NCBI RefSeq assembly: GCF_963921235.1
Contig: NC_086109.1
Coordinates: 2,666,001-2,730,000, forward strand
Source: Mobula hypostoma
Lineage: Eukaryota
DNA length: 64,000 nt
Direction of reading: 5' to 3'
The first letter of the stretch is position 1; the number at the start of each line of letters is the position of its first letter. The position numbers were made by a program, and so were the translations under genes. Shown piece by piece: positions 12,199 through 23,869 of this stretch. The notes under the pieces were generated by a model. That model was not told the origin of the DNA, did no database searches, and saw only the letters and a list, made by a program, of their open reading frames with translations.

Positions 12199-13041
12199 TG
12201 TAATGGTCTTTTGGAGGTCACCTGCTGTGATTTTCCCGCCGATGTGAGGTCACATGATGACATGTGCGCCCCCCCCCGTGACTATATAAGGGTCGACCCA
12301 GGAGACGCAGTTGGATTTTGAGTTTGTAGATTTCGGCGTAGAACTTGTTGTGCCTCCGTTTTTGTTGCGTGTTTGTTTTTGTGACGCAGTTTCATTTTTA
12401 AAACGGAAGGTGCGTTCTCTTACAAGGTTTTGTATTATTGGACTGGAAATTTGTGACTGGAAGTGCCAATTTACTCAATTCCGACAGTTTTGAAGGGAGA
12501 GTGAAGGATTCATCGAAGTGAAGGATCGAGAGAAGTCGGCATCGTTTGGCAGTTTGATAAAGAATTGACCTTATTGAGTCTTCGTTGAAGAGAACCTGCA
12601 TTGAGATAACTCTTGCAAAAGGGCAATAAGTTCATGCAAAAAGGTGCTCTCTCTTTGTAAAGGAATTTAAGGTCAGTCGATTTAAACTGTTTATTTTCGG
12701 CATCGGGAATCCTCTGGACAGAACCAGCAGTAAAGGTGCGTCTGTGAAGAAATCTTTCTCCAGAGAAGTATCTCCCAATTGAACGTGTAAATCTGTTGGA
12801 CTTTCGAAGTTATCACTTTAAGAACTGTATCTGACTGTGTCGCTTTAAGAACTGTTTTCGCATTTAACGCTTTAAGAACCAGAGCCGAGTGAAGTTGGTG
12901 AACGGCTGCGAACCTGTTTAACCTCCGGTTAAAGTTTTCCTTTGTTTTCTATTCTTCCTTATCGTTTATACGTGTTTAATAAATGTTTGGTTTTTATATA
13001 ACCTGTCTGGATTGATAGTCATTGTTGCCGGTTACGTAACA
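12199..13041 (+). mobile_element. Solo LTR (843 bp)
   Basis: TGTAAT...GTAACA termini; TATATAAG at ~12283; AATAAA at ~12978; flanks ATGC/GTGC (TSD with one mismatch); no ORF. Confidence 0.8.
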
Positions 13042-13276
13042 GTGCGAGAACATTGGCTCTGTGAAAGTGTGCACTGGTCTGTGCCATGCAGCCCTCTCTT
13101 TGAACTGCTCATTTCCCTTCCCCCTCCTTCTCCCCACTCCCACCCCCTACACCCCTACCCTCTCTGCCGCACCCTCTTCTCTGTCACACTCAAACCCCTT
13201 CCTGTGTACTCATCCAATTCTACTCCCGCCAATGCCTTCTCCCTGACCACTCCCCGCTTCCCCTGCGGGTACTCAC

Positions 13277-13397
13277 GAGTACAGATGTTACGGTGTTAGT
13301 CCGGCTGTTCTCCTCCAGAGGACAACGATGTTGACCACGACCATCACACTGACCAGAGCCACGATGACGAACAGAGCTATCCCCCATCCTGGTAATT
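13277..13397 (-). CDS. Transmembrane exon of IgV receptor gene 1: (E)LPGWGIALFVIVALVSVMVVVNIVVLWRRTAGLTP*
   Basis: Pyrimidine tract plus CCAG acceptor at 13398-13400; GTGAGT donor at 13271-13276; ~21-residue hydrophobic run followed by WRR; phase 1 matches the V exon donor. Confidence 0.8.
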
Positions 13398-13719
13398 CTG
13401 GTTTCGCAGTTGGGGAGGAGAAAAAAGCCCAGTGATTGCCTCCCAAAGAAATGGGACAGACAGGACGCATTCCACACCCCACTCACCCCAGGACCCCAGT
13501 GCCCTCACTACCCTCCCCTCTCCCCACACGGCACACCAATTCTCTGCTTGCCCCCCCCCCCCACTCCATTATCCTCCCTGTGACCAGTCTGTCCTGCTGG
13601 AGACGTGTAGCCATCATCAGAACCACAGCGGGGGCCGCCCGATAACGGAACGGTTAGCAACCCCGCTGCTCTGTGTAAGCAATTTGTATGTTCTTCCCAT
13701 AACCGTTTGGTGTCCTTTT

Positions 13720-13965
13720 AGAATGGAGGTAAAGAGGAATTTTCTTAGCCAGAGGGTGGTGAATCTGTGGGATTCTTTGCCACTGGCAGCTGTGAAGGCC
13801 AAGTCTTTATGTATATTTAAGGCAGAGGTTGATAGATTCTTGACTGGTCAGGGCATGAAGGAATAAGGGGAAAGGCAGGAGATTGCGGCTGAGAGGGAAA
13901 TAGATCAGCCATGATGAAATGGTAGAACAGGTTCGATGGGCCAAATGGCTTGATTCTGCTCTTAT
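13720..13965 (+). mobile_element. CR1 3' end fragment in the V-TM intron
   Basis: Encodes 'RMEVKRNFLSQRVVNLWDSLP'; CR1 3'UTR follows. Confidence 0.85.
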
Positions 13966-14936
13966 AATCACTGATGACACAATGATAAATCCAATGTGGA
14001 GTCTAGAAGAAAATCACTTCCCCATGGAGCTTTGGGAATGTGGGATTTGTTCCCACAGGGGGTAGCCCTGCTGAATTGCACTGAGGGCTTCAGAGGGTAA
14101 CTGGAAAGACACACAAGGGACGGAAGTACAGGAAGCTTCCCATGATGTGGGTGAGCATTCAGCCCTTGAGCCTGTATCCCAGCTCTGACCCCAGTGAGTG
14201 AGGAAAGGTTTGATGGGCTGAATGTCCTCCTCTTGGCCCTATTTCCCATGTTCTGATGTACTTCATATAATAGTTAACCCTGGGATAGAGAAGAATGCTG
14301 AGTGAGATTATTGTGAATGTTATATTACTGTTGGAGTGAGTCAGGAACCATACTGCTGTGTGTGAGTGTACTGTTGTATCCGTGTACTGTGTCACTCACT
14401 GGGACACTATATTCAGTGTAATGAACACACAGGGTCTCACTCAGCACAGCACAGCATGAAGGCTGAGGAATAAACACCTTGCTGAGCTCTGACCTCAGTC
14501 TGGGGAATTAACAAGCAGTGCCTTCTGAAAATGGGATCCCTGAACATGACAGACCAGGACTTTGACCTGGGGATACAGTGTGTAACTGTGACCCACAGAT
14601 ACAGACCCCTCAGCCCATTCACACCAGCCTTTTCCACACCATCGGTTTATCTCCCATTCCCCTGCTCCAGCTCAGCTCCTCGAGGTTTGGATACACAAGG
14701 TCCTCCATTGATGGTTCAATCCTTCATGCCTCCTAGTCTTTGGGGATGTGGTGAGTGTGTCCCCCAGACTCACACTGACTCAGCCTCACTACACTGGGAT
14801 CGTGAGCCCAGCTCTGGACACGGGCAGTCAGTGGGGTTCAGTAAACAGGGGAACACACACGATCTGCCTTCACCCATTAATTGGGGGTGCTTGAGGAACT
14901 GGTGAAACCCGGGCCCCTCCGTGATGTCTCACTCAC

Positions 14937-15257
14937 CGTACACCTCCAGTCGCACTGTTGAATAAGTCCCTCTTCCCGGATGTGTTCTCATGGTCATCTC
15001 ATAATCACCAGCATCTTCTGCTCGTAGATTACGGATTAACAGACTGAAGTCTATGGGGAAAACAGTCATTCGTTGCCTGTCCTCAATAGTACCAAAGTAT
15101 TCAAAACCGCCTCTTGAGTACTTCATGATCCTGATTCGGGGTGATACTCGGTTCCATTCAATCTCCGTAAAGTTCCATGGAATTGAGATCCCAGAAAATA
15201 ACCAGGCCATCTGGCCCCGAACTCCATGCACAGTAGGAGGGGAAGCCCCAGTACTTG
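14937..15257 (-). CDS. Ig V-set exon 1, cysteine-free (CD2/SLAM/CEACAM N-domain-like)
   Basis: Acceptor ccctttgtctccacag at 15258; donor G|GTGAGT at 14936; 321 bp, phase 1/1, open frame; C-strand Trp (EIEWNR), 'FSLLIRNLRAEDAGDYE', 'TVRLEVY'; no Cys; NFT sequon. Confidence 0.9.
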
Positions 15258-15570
15258 CTGTGGAGACAAAGGGAAACGGTCAGTAGATGAGCTCAACAAC
15301 TGGAGGGGAGTCAGAGCTGTGACATCAGCAATATCAGAGCAGGCCATGTGGCTCATCTTCCAGCTCCCAGCCCAGTGAGAGAGCCGGTGCACTGTCCCTT
15401 CATCACACAGTGAGCCCAAGGGAGGAGCAGTGTGAAGACTCTTCGCACCTGGCCCTGAGGAAGGAAGCTGAACCCTGCTGTAGGGAAACATGAGAGCACA
15501 GACATGGGAAACAGGACCCAAGAGGTGAGTGCTCTTAAGATAAGAGACAGCTTACAGTTCTTTGCTGATA

Positions 15571-16100
15571 CAGTATTGTGCAAAAGTCTTGGGCACATAT
15601 GTAAATATAGCTCGGGTGCCTAAGTCTTTTGCACAGTACTGTAGTAATTTTCTGTATTTCACTGTACTGCTGTTGCAAAACAAAATCATGTCATATGTGA
15701 GTGATGATAAACCTGATTCTGATATGGGTCTCTATTGTAGACTGAGGGTTGGAAGGGGGCAGGGAGGGGGGAATCTTGCTTGGGAAAAGGGGAAGGGAGA
15801 GGGGAGGGAGGGGGAAGCACCAAAGAGACATTCTGTAATGATCAGTAAATCAATTGTTTGGAATCCAATGACCTTGCCTGGTGTCTCAGGGCTGTGTGCA
15901 TCTGCACCCGCACCAACCCCCACCCCGGCACCACTTCTCTGTCACCTATCCCACACCCCTCCCACGGCACTCCACCCTCACCATTCCCAACATCCTTTGC
16001 TCCCACCAGATTTACAAACTCACTCTCCGCTCCACGTTGACAAATACAGCACTGTGCATCCTAGCTATAGATATGTGTCTAAGACTTTTGCACAGTACTG
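15571..16100. mobile_element. Tc1/mariner-type MITE with CAGTACTGTGCAAAAGTCTT TIRs and TA flanks
   Basis: TA|cagtattgtgcaaaagtctt at 15571; inverted copies end at 15641|TA and 16100|TA. Confidence 0.85.
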
Positions 16101-16334
16101 TATATTATCAGAAAAGTAATCCTCTCTCCAGGATAACTAAACATCAGAAGAGATGCATTCAGTTTAAAGGCAAAAAGATCACCCTTTCCTGGAGTAATGA
16201 GCTCGTAATAAGTTAGAGAGGAGAAAAATGCTTTTGCTTTTTATTCTATATTCCAGACAACATTGGATGTTGGAAATTTGCCAGTTTATACCTCTTTATG
16301 ATTTTTCTCTGTCTCTGTTTTCCACAGATCAATA

Positions 16335-18361
16335 CTTTCCCCTTTCTACCTTCTACCCTAAAGAGAAGGTGCACGGAGCCTAACGAGCAAGGCTCCAGAG
16401 ACCAAGACAAACAAGAGGTGGACATGGGAGGCTGAGGAGTGGTTACAAGATTATCTTGAGTCGGTGGACTTGGCCGTGTTCGAGAACTCATCTGAAGACC
16501 TGAATGACTACTCCAGGGTCGTTACAGACTTTATTAAAACAACTGTGGATGAGTGTGTCTCCATGAAATCGTTCAGGACTTTCCCCAGTCAGAAGCCCTG
16601 GATGAAAAACAAAATCCAGAACCTGCTGACAACCGGATCAGAGGCAGTCAAGTCTGGAGATCAAGAATGCTACAAAAGGTGCAGGCATGATCTCTGAAAA
16701 GCCATCTCTCAGGCGAAGTGGAGATTCTGGATTAGACTGGAATCAATGTGAGATGCTTGACAGCTGTGACAGGGCTTGAATGCCATAACCTCCTGCAAAG
16801 CGAAATCTTGCAACATAGGGGAGTGCAGAGCTTCATTTCCAGCTGAGCTCAATGCCTTCTATGCTCGCTTTGACCACCAGCACAGGGAGGAACCGTCATG
16901 CACCCCCATGTTTCCTGATGATCCTTTAGTTTCAGTATCTGAAATAACATGCAGGCTGCCTTCAAGAAAGTGAATGCAAGGAAAGCATCTGAGCTGGACA
17001 GATTACCTGGCAGAGTACTGAAGACCTGTGCTGACCAACTGGCTGGTGTATTCACGGATATCTTCAACCTCTCACTCCAACAGTGTGTGGTATCTGACTG
17101 CTTCAAGTGGGCATCAATCGTACCGATACCCAAGAAGAGTGTGGTAACCTGTCTAAATGACTAGCGCCTAGTAGCACTTGCATCCACAGTGATAAAATGT
17201 TTTGAAAACTGGGTGTTGAAGCATATCAGCTCCTGTCTGAATGGTGACTTGAATCTTCTCCATTTCGCCTACTGAAGCAACAAGTCTACAGCAGATGCTA
17301 TCTCATTGGCTCTTCACACAACCTAGGAACATCTGGGCAGCAAAGATGTGTACATCAAGATGCTCATTATCGATTACAGCTGAGTATTTCACACCATCAT
17401 CCCCTCAAAACTGATCAGTAAACTCCAAAACCTGAGCATCAATACTGCTTGTGTAATTGGATCCTGGATTTGCTCACTTGCAGACCCTAGTCAGTTCAGT
17501 TCGGATTGGCAAAAACATCTCCTGCACAATCTCCATCAGCACAGGAACACCGCAGGGATGTGTGCTTAGCCCCCCGCTCTACTCACTTTACACCTGTGAC
17601 TGTGTGGCTAAGTACACTTCCAACACCATCTACAAGCTTGCTGACAAGACCACTGTTGTGGGCTGTATTAAAGGGTGTGATGAATCAGCACACAGGCAGG
17701 AGATTGAAAACTTGGCTGAGTGGTGAAATAACAACAATCTCTCACTCAAAATCAGTAAGACCAAGGAACTGATTGTAGACTTGAGGAGATGGAAACCAGA
17801 GGTCCATGAGCCAGTAATTGTCGGAGGATCAGAAGTGGAGAGGGTCAGTAACTTTAAGTTCATGCGTGTCACTATCTCAGAGGACCTGACCTGGACCCAT
17901 CATATAAATGTCATTATGAAGAAAGCACGACAGCACTTCAACTTCCTCAGGAATCTGCGGAGGTTCCAAGAACTTGACAAACTTCTATAGATAATGTGGT
18001 GGAAAGTGTGCTGATAACTGCATTACGGCCTGGTATGGGAACACCAATGCCTTTGAGCAGAAAATCCTACAAAAGGTAATGAATTTGGCCCAGTACATCA
18101 CTGGTAAAAGCCTCCAATCATTGAGCACATCTACATGAAACGTTGCAATAGAAAAGCAGCATCCATCATCAAAGATTCTCATCACCCAAGCCATGCTCTT
18201 TTCTCGCTGCTGTCATCAGATAGAACCTACAGGTGCCTCAGGACTCACACCTCCCGGTTCACAAACAGTTTCTACCCTCAACCATCAGGCTATTGAACAA
18301 AAGGAATAGTTGCACTCATTTAAGGATTCTGTTATATTGTTATTTCATGCTGGTTATTTAC
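16335..18361 (+). mobile_element. Rex1/Babar LINE, decayed ORF (3' UTR resumes at ~21758-21940 after the CR1 insertion)
   Basis: ORFs 16464..16697, 16949..17164, 17457..17726 (GTPQGCVLSPPLYSLYT, KLADKTTVVG), 17781..17990; 3'UTR continuous across an 11-bp duplication. Confidence 0.88.
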
Positions 18362-21300
18362 ATAGATAGGACAAAGGAGGAGGTCCTGAAGAGAGATTTC
18401 CAGGAGTTAGGAAGAAAGCTGAGAAGCAGGACCTCCAGGGTAGTAATCTCGGGATTGCTACCTGTGCCACGTGCTAGCGAGGGCGAGAGTAGTCGGATCA
18501 GGCAGATAAATGCGTGGCTGAGAGACTGGTGTAGGGGGCAGGGCTTCAGATTCTTGGATAATTGGGATCTTTTCTGGGGGAAGTATGACCTGTTCAAAAA
18601 GGACAGGTTACACCTGAACCCGAAGGGGACCAATATCCTGGCAGGAAAGTTTAATAGGGCTGTTAGGGAGGGTTTAAACTAATTTGGCAGGGGTATGGGA
18701 ACCGGAATGACAGAGCAGAGGAAGGGGAAAACAGAAATAAATCTAAGATAGTGAGCAGTAAAGATATCAGGAGAGACAGGCAGGTGATGGGGCAAATGTG
18801 TAGCCATTGGGATGAGTTGCAGTGCAATAAAGTTACAGTGAAATCAAAGCGAAAAGTACCAAATACTGGTCTTAAGGTGTTGTACTTAAATGCACGCAGC
18901 ATAAGGAATAAGGTGGATGATCTTGTTCTACAGCTACAGATTGGCAGGTATGATATTGTGGCCATCACTGAGACCTGGCTAAAGGATGCATGTCTCTGGG
19001 AGCTGAACGTCCAAGGATACACGGTGTATCGGAAGGATAGGAAGGTAGGTAGAGGGGGAGGCGTGGCTTTATTGGTAAGAAATGATATTAAATCATTAGA
19101 AAGAGGTGATATAGGATCAGAAGGTGCAGAATCTTTATGGGTTGAGCTAAAAAATCGCAGGGGTAAAAGGACCCTGATGGCAGTTATTTATAGGTCTCCA
19201 AACAGCTGCAGTGATGTGGACTACAAATTACAACAGGAGATAGAAAAGGTTTGTCAGAAGGGCAGTGTTATGATACTTGTGGGGGATTTTAACATGCGAG
19301 TAGATTGGGAAAATCAGGTCGGCACAGGATCTCAAGAGAGAGAATTTGTAGAATGTCTGCGAGATGGCTTTTTAGAACAGCTTGTTGCTGAGCCCACTAG
19401 GGGATCGGCTGTACTGGATTGGGTATTGTGTAATGAACCGGAGGTGATTGGAGAGATTGAGGTGAAGGAACCCTTAGGAGGCAGTGATCATAACATGATT
19501 GAGTTCACTGTGAAATTAGAAAAAGAGAAGCCGAAATCTGATGTGTCGGTGTTTCAGTGGAGTAAAGGAAATTACAGTGGCATGAGAGAGGAACTGGCCA
19601 AAGTTGACTGGAAAGAGATACTAGCGGGAAAGACAGCAGAGCAGCAGTGGCTGGAGTTTATGCGAGAAATGAGGAATGTGCAAGACAGGTATATTCCAAA
19701 AAAGAAGAAATTTTCGAGTGGAAAAAGGATGCAACCGTGGTTTACAAGAGAAGTCAAAGCCAAAGTTAAAGCAAAAGAGAGGGCATACAAGGAAGCAAAA
19801 ATTAGTGGGAAGAGAGAGGATTGGAAAGTTTTTAAAACCTTACAAAAGGAAACCAAGAAGGTCATTAAGAGAGAAAAGATTAACTATGAAAGGAAGCTAG
19901 CAAATAATATCGAAGAGGATACTAAAAGCTTTTTCAAGTATATAAAGAATAAAAGACAGGTGAGAGTAGATATAGGACCGATAGAAAATGATGCTGGAGA
20001 AATTGTAATGGGAGATGAGGAGATGGCAGAGGAACTGAACAAGTATTTTGCATCAGTCTTCACTGAGGAAGACAGCAGGATACCGGACACTCAAGGGTGG
20101 CAGGGAAGAGAAGTGTGCGCAGTCACAATTACGACAGAGAAAGTACTCAGGAAGCTGAATAGGCTAAAGGTAGATAAATCTCTTGGACCAGATGGAATGC
20201 ACCCTCGTGTTCTGAAGGAAGTAGCTGTGGAGATTGCGGAGGCATTAGCGATGATCTTTCAAAAGTCGATAGATTCTGGCATGGTTCCGGAGGACTGGAA
20301 GATTGCAAATGTCGCTCCGCTATTTAAGAAGGGGGCAGGGAAGCAAAAAGGAAATTATAGACCTGTTAGCTTGACAACCGTGGTTGGGAAGTTGTTGGAG
20401 TCGATTGTCAAGGATGAGGTTACAGAGTACCTGGAGGCATATGAGAAGATAGGCAGAACTCAGCATGGATTCCTTAAAGGAAAATCCTGCCTGACAAACC
20501 TATTACAATTTTTTGAGGAAATTACCAGTAGGCTAGACAAGGGAGATGCAGTGGATGTTGTATATTTGGATTTTCAGAAGGCCTTTGACAAGGTGCCACA
20601 CATGAGGCTACTTAACAAGATAAGAGCCCATGGAATTACGGGAAAGTTACATACGTGGATAGAGCGTTGGCTGATTGGCAGGAAACAGAGAGTGGGAATA
20701 AAGGGATCCTATTCTGGTTGGCTGCCGGTTACCAGTGGTGTTCCGCAGGGATCAGTGTTGGGGCCGCTTCTTTTTACATTGTACATCAATGATTTAGATT
20801 ATGGAATAGATGGCTTTGTGGCTAAGTTTGCTGATGATACGAAGATAGGTGGAGGGGCCAGTAGTGCTGAGGAAACGGAGAGTCTGCAGAGAGACTTGGA
20901 TAGATTGGAAGAATGGGCAGAGAAGTGGCAAATGAAGTACAATGTTGGAAAGTGTATGGTTATGTACTTTGGCAGAAAAAATAAACGGGCAGACTATTAT
21001 TTAAATGGGGAAAGAATTCAAAGTTCTGAGATGCAATAGGACTTGGGAGTCCTCGTACAGGATACCCTTAAAGTTAACCTCCAGGTTGAGTCAGTAGTGA
21101 AGAAAGCGAATGCAATGTTGGCATTCATTTCTAGAGGAATAGAGTATAGGAGCAGGGATGTGTTGCTGAGGCTCTATAAGGCGCTGGTGAGACCTCACTT
21201 GGAGTACTGTGGGCAGTTTTGGTCTCCTTATTTAAGAAAGGATGTGCTGACGTTGGAGAGGGTTCAGAGAAGATTCACTAGAATGATTCCGGGAATGAGA

Positions 21301-21757
21301 GGGTTAACATATGAGGAACGTTTGTCCGCTCTTGGACTATATTCCTTGGAGTGTAGAAGAATGAGGGGAGACCTCATAGAAACATTTCGAATGTTAAAAG
21401 GCATGGACAGAGTGGATGTGGCAAAGTTGTTTCCCATGATGGGGGAGTCTGGTACGAGAGGGCATGACTTAAGGATTGAAGGGCGCCCTTTCAGAACAGA
21501 AATGCAAAGAAATTTTTTTAGTCAGAGGGTGGTGAATCTATGGAATTTGTTGCCACGGGCAGCAGTGGAGGCCAAGTCATTGGGTGTATTTAAGGCAGAG
21601 ATTGATAGGTATCGGAGTAGCCAGGGCATCAAAGGTTATGGTGAGAAGGCGGGGGACTGGGACTAAATAGGAGAAAATGGATCAGCTCATGATAAAATGG
21701 CAGAGCAGACTTGATGGGCCAAATGGCCTACTTCTGCTCCTTTGTCTTATGGTCTTA
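18362..21757 (+). mobile_element. Young CR1 LINE, truncated within ORF1, with 11-bp TSD
   Basis: ORF1 esterase C-terminus (RVVISGLLPV...DRLHLNPKG); ORF2; CTTATGGT tail; TGGTTATTTAC at 18351-18361 and 21758-21768. Confidence 0.95.
18751..21666 (+). pseudogene. CR1 ORF2 (APE endonuclease + RT), a single in-frame TAG at 21037-21039
   Basis: 762-aa and 207-aa ORFs are in the same frame; YLNARS, GDFN, SDHN, QHGF, FADDTK motifs intact. Confidence 0.93.
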
Positions 21758-22561
21758 TGGTTATTTACTGCTATTTATTTATACCTGCATTTGCACAGTT
21801 TGTTTGCAGTGAACAGTTCCTGATGTTTACAATTACTGTTCTATAGATTTGCTAAGTTTGGCCAGCAGAAAAAGAATCTCAAGGTTGTATGTGGTGATAT
21901 GTACGTACTTTGATAAAAAATTTAACTGTGAACTTCGAATTTTGAACCCATTTGCCCTGATTAGGAAAGCTTTGTAAGAAATCCTGTCTGAATACAACTC
22001 TGATATTTTCCTATATCAATGTTGTGATTTCCCCTCCTCTGCTGTCTTCCAGCTGGTCACATTTGAATCTTCTCTTCCCAGGAACATCGAATTGCCAGTG
22101 CTGGCCCTCCTTCATCTGCGTATTCTGCTGCTAAAGGGATAAGTATAGATGGGTACGTGATTATCCACAAGAATGTGGTGAGCTGAAGGTCTCTATCCAT
22201 GCTGCCCTAGATCCTTGCCTCAGTTTCTTTAGATATCTGTCCAGGTCTCTGCCCCTGTGCTTGGGGAAATCAGTCCTTCCTGGTTACATGGTGCAGACCC
22301 CTACCCTCACTACCTTACCCCTGTTCCATTGTCTCTTTGCCTCCCCTCTCCAGGACAAACAGCTCCAAAATTAAATTAATTAAGTTGTGCACTCTATTTG
22401 CTCTCTTTTGCACTACTTATTTAATGTAACATTTTATATTGTAATTTATAGTTTGTTTTACAGTTTTACAACATTCCAGTAGTAAATGTCTACAATATTT
22501 TCGCTCCTTTGTGGCAGATCAGGCAACATTTTTTGCCATTTCATTAGCACTTGTCTGTTTT

Positions 22562-22686
22562 TTTTCACAAGCCCGACTTGCTAGCTCGACATTCAACACA
22601 GTATGGATGGAAAGTGTGCTGGATTCGAATCCAGGACCGTTCGGTCTCAAAGTCTGGTGCTGATACCATTACACCACCGGCTGGCT
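22562..22686 (-). mobile_element. tRNA-derived SINE (5' part)
   Basis: Minus strand GGTGTAATGG (A box) and GGATTCGAATCC (B box); same family as 37893-38095. Confidence 0.75.
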
Positions 22687-23159
22687 GTACCCCCCTCCCC
22701 CCACTACATTTGCTGATAGACAACAGTTGACGGGAGGAGGAGGCTGCATGAACATCCCCACCCTCCCTCACTGACGGTGGGACCCAGCTCGTGAGTGCTG
22801 GAGACAAGGCTGATCATTCCATCCATGTTCAGACAGAAGTGCTGAGTGGATGATCTCCCTTGACTCCATTTGCCGCATCCCTGCCCGGGTGAGCAGGCCA
22901 GCTCCACCTTCCCATGGTTCGTAGTTTTGCTTTCCTCTGCCACCCACGTGGACACTGTGCACCACCTGGAAATGTTTTAACCAGGAGTGGTGAGCTGGTG
23001 TCAGTGTGCAGTGACCTCGTTCTGACAGGATGAGTGGCTAGTGAAACACGGCATCAAATCGTGGCAGAAAGCGGGAGAGGATCAGAACTTCTCTGGTAAG
23101 CAGAAAGAGGAGAGTTACGTGAAGTGGAGAATGTAGCTGGGATGCCAATATAGAGTGAG

Positions 23160-23740
23160 AGACGAACACACAGACACAGACACAGAGACAGAGACAGGCA
23201 GACACACAGACACAGACGTGCACACAGACACAGACAGACACGCGCACACACACAGAGACACAGATACATGCGCGCGCACACAGACACAGACAGACACGCA
23301 CGTGCAGACACATGCGCCCACAGACGCACACACACTACATACACGCACACACACACAGACAGACGCACACACAGACACGCACACACAGACACAGACACAC
23401 ACAGACACAGACACACACACACACACACTACACACACAGACACGAACACACACAGACACACTACAAACACTTCAAACACAGACACACACACACTACAAAC
23501 ACGCGCACACAGACACTACACGCACACAGACACTACACGCACACAGACACTACACGCACACAGACACTACACGCACACAGACACAAACACGCACACAGAC
23601 ACAAACATACACAGACACTACAAACACACGCTACAAACACAGTCACACAGACACACACTACAAACACACAGAGAGCATACCTACAGCACACACATGTACA
23701 CAATCCCCCCTCTCTCTCTCCATCTCTCTGCACTGCTCTC
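23160..23740. repeat. Compound CA/CAGA microsatellite running into an assembly gap
   Basis: (ACACAG)n and (CA)n; the HT/CV-rich ORFs here are artefacts. Confidence 0.95.
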
Positions 23741-23869
23741 NNNNNNNNNNNNNNNNNNNNNNNNNNNNNNNNNNNNNNNNNNNNNNNNNNNNNNNNNNNN
23801 NNNNNNNNNNNNNNNNNNNNNNNNNNNNNNNNNNNNNNNNNNNNNNNNNNNNNNNNNNNNNNNNNNNNN
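23741..23869. other. Assembly gap (129 N)
   Basis: N run. Confidence 1.

Noticed and set aside
14929-14936. In-frame stop right after both V donors (YGE*), suggesting secreted isoforms
   Set aside because: Largely a by-product of the phase-1 GTGAGT donor; I saw no sense-strand AATAAA in the conserved intron block (the AATAAA there is on the plus strand).
15449-15477. Possible 29-nt mini-exon upstream of V1 (ctacag|...CAG|gtgcga)
   Set aside because: Its length breaks phase-1 continuity, the donor is weak, and there is no counterpart at V2.
16300-16335. Very strong plus-strand splice acceptor
   Set aside because: Sits at the 5' truncation point of a Rex1/Babar element; no plus-strand exon chain found.
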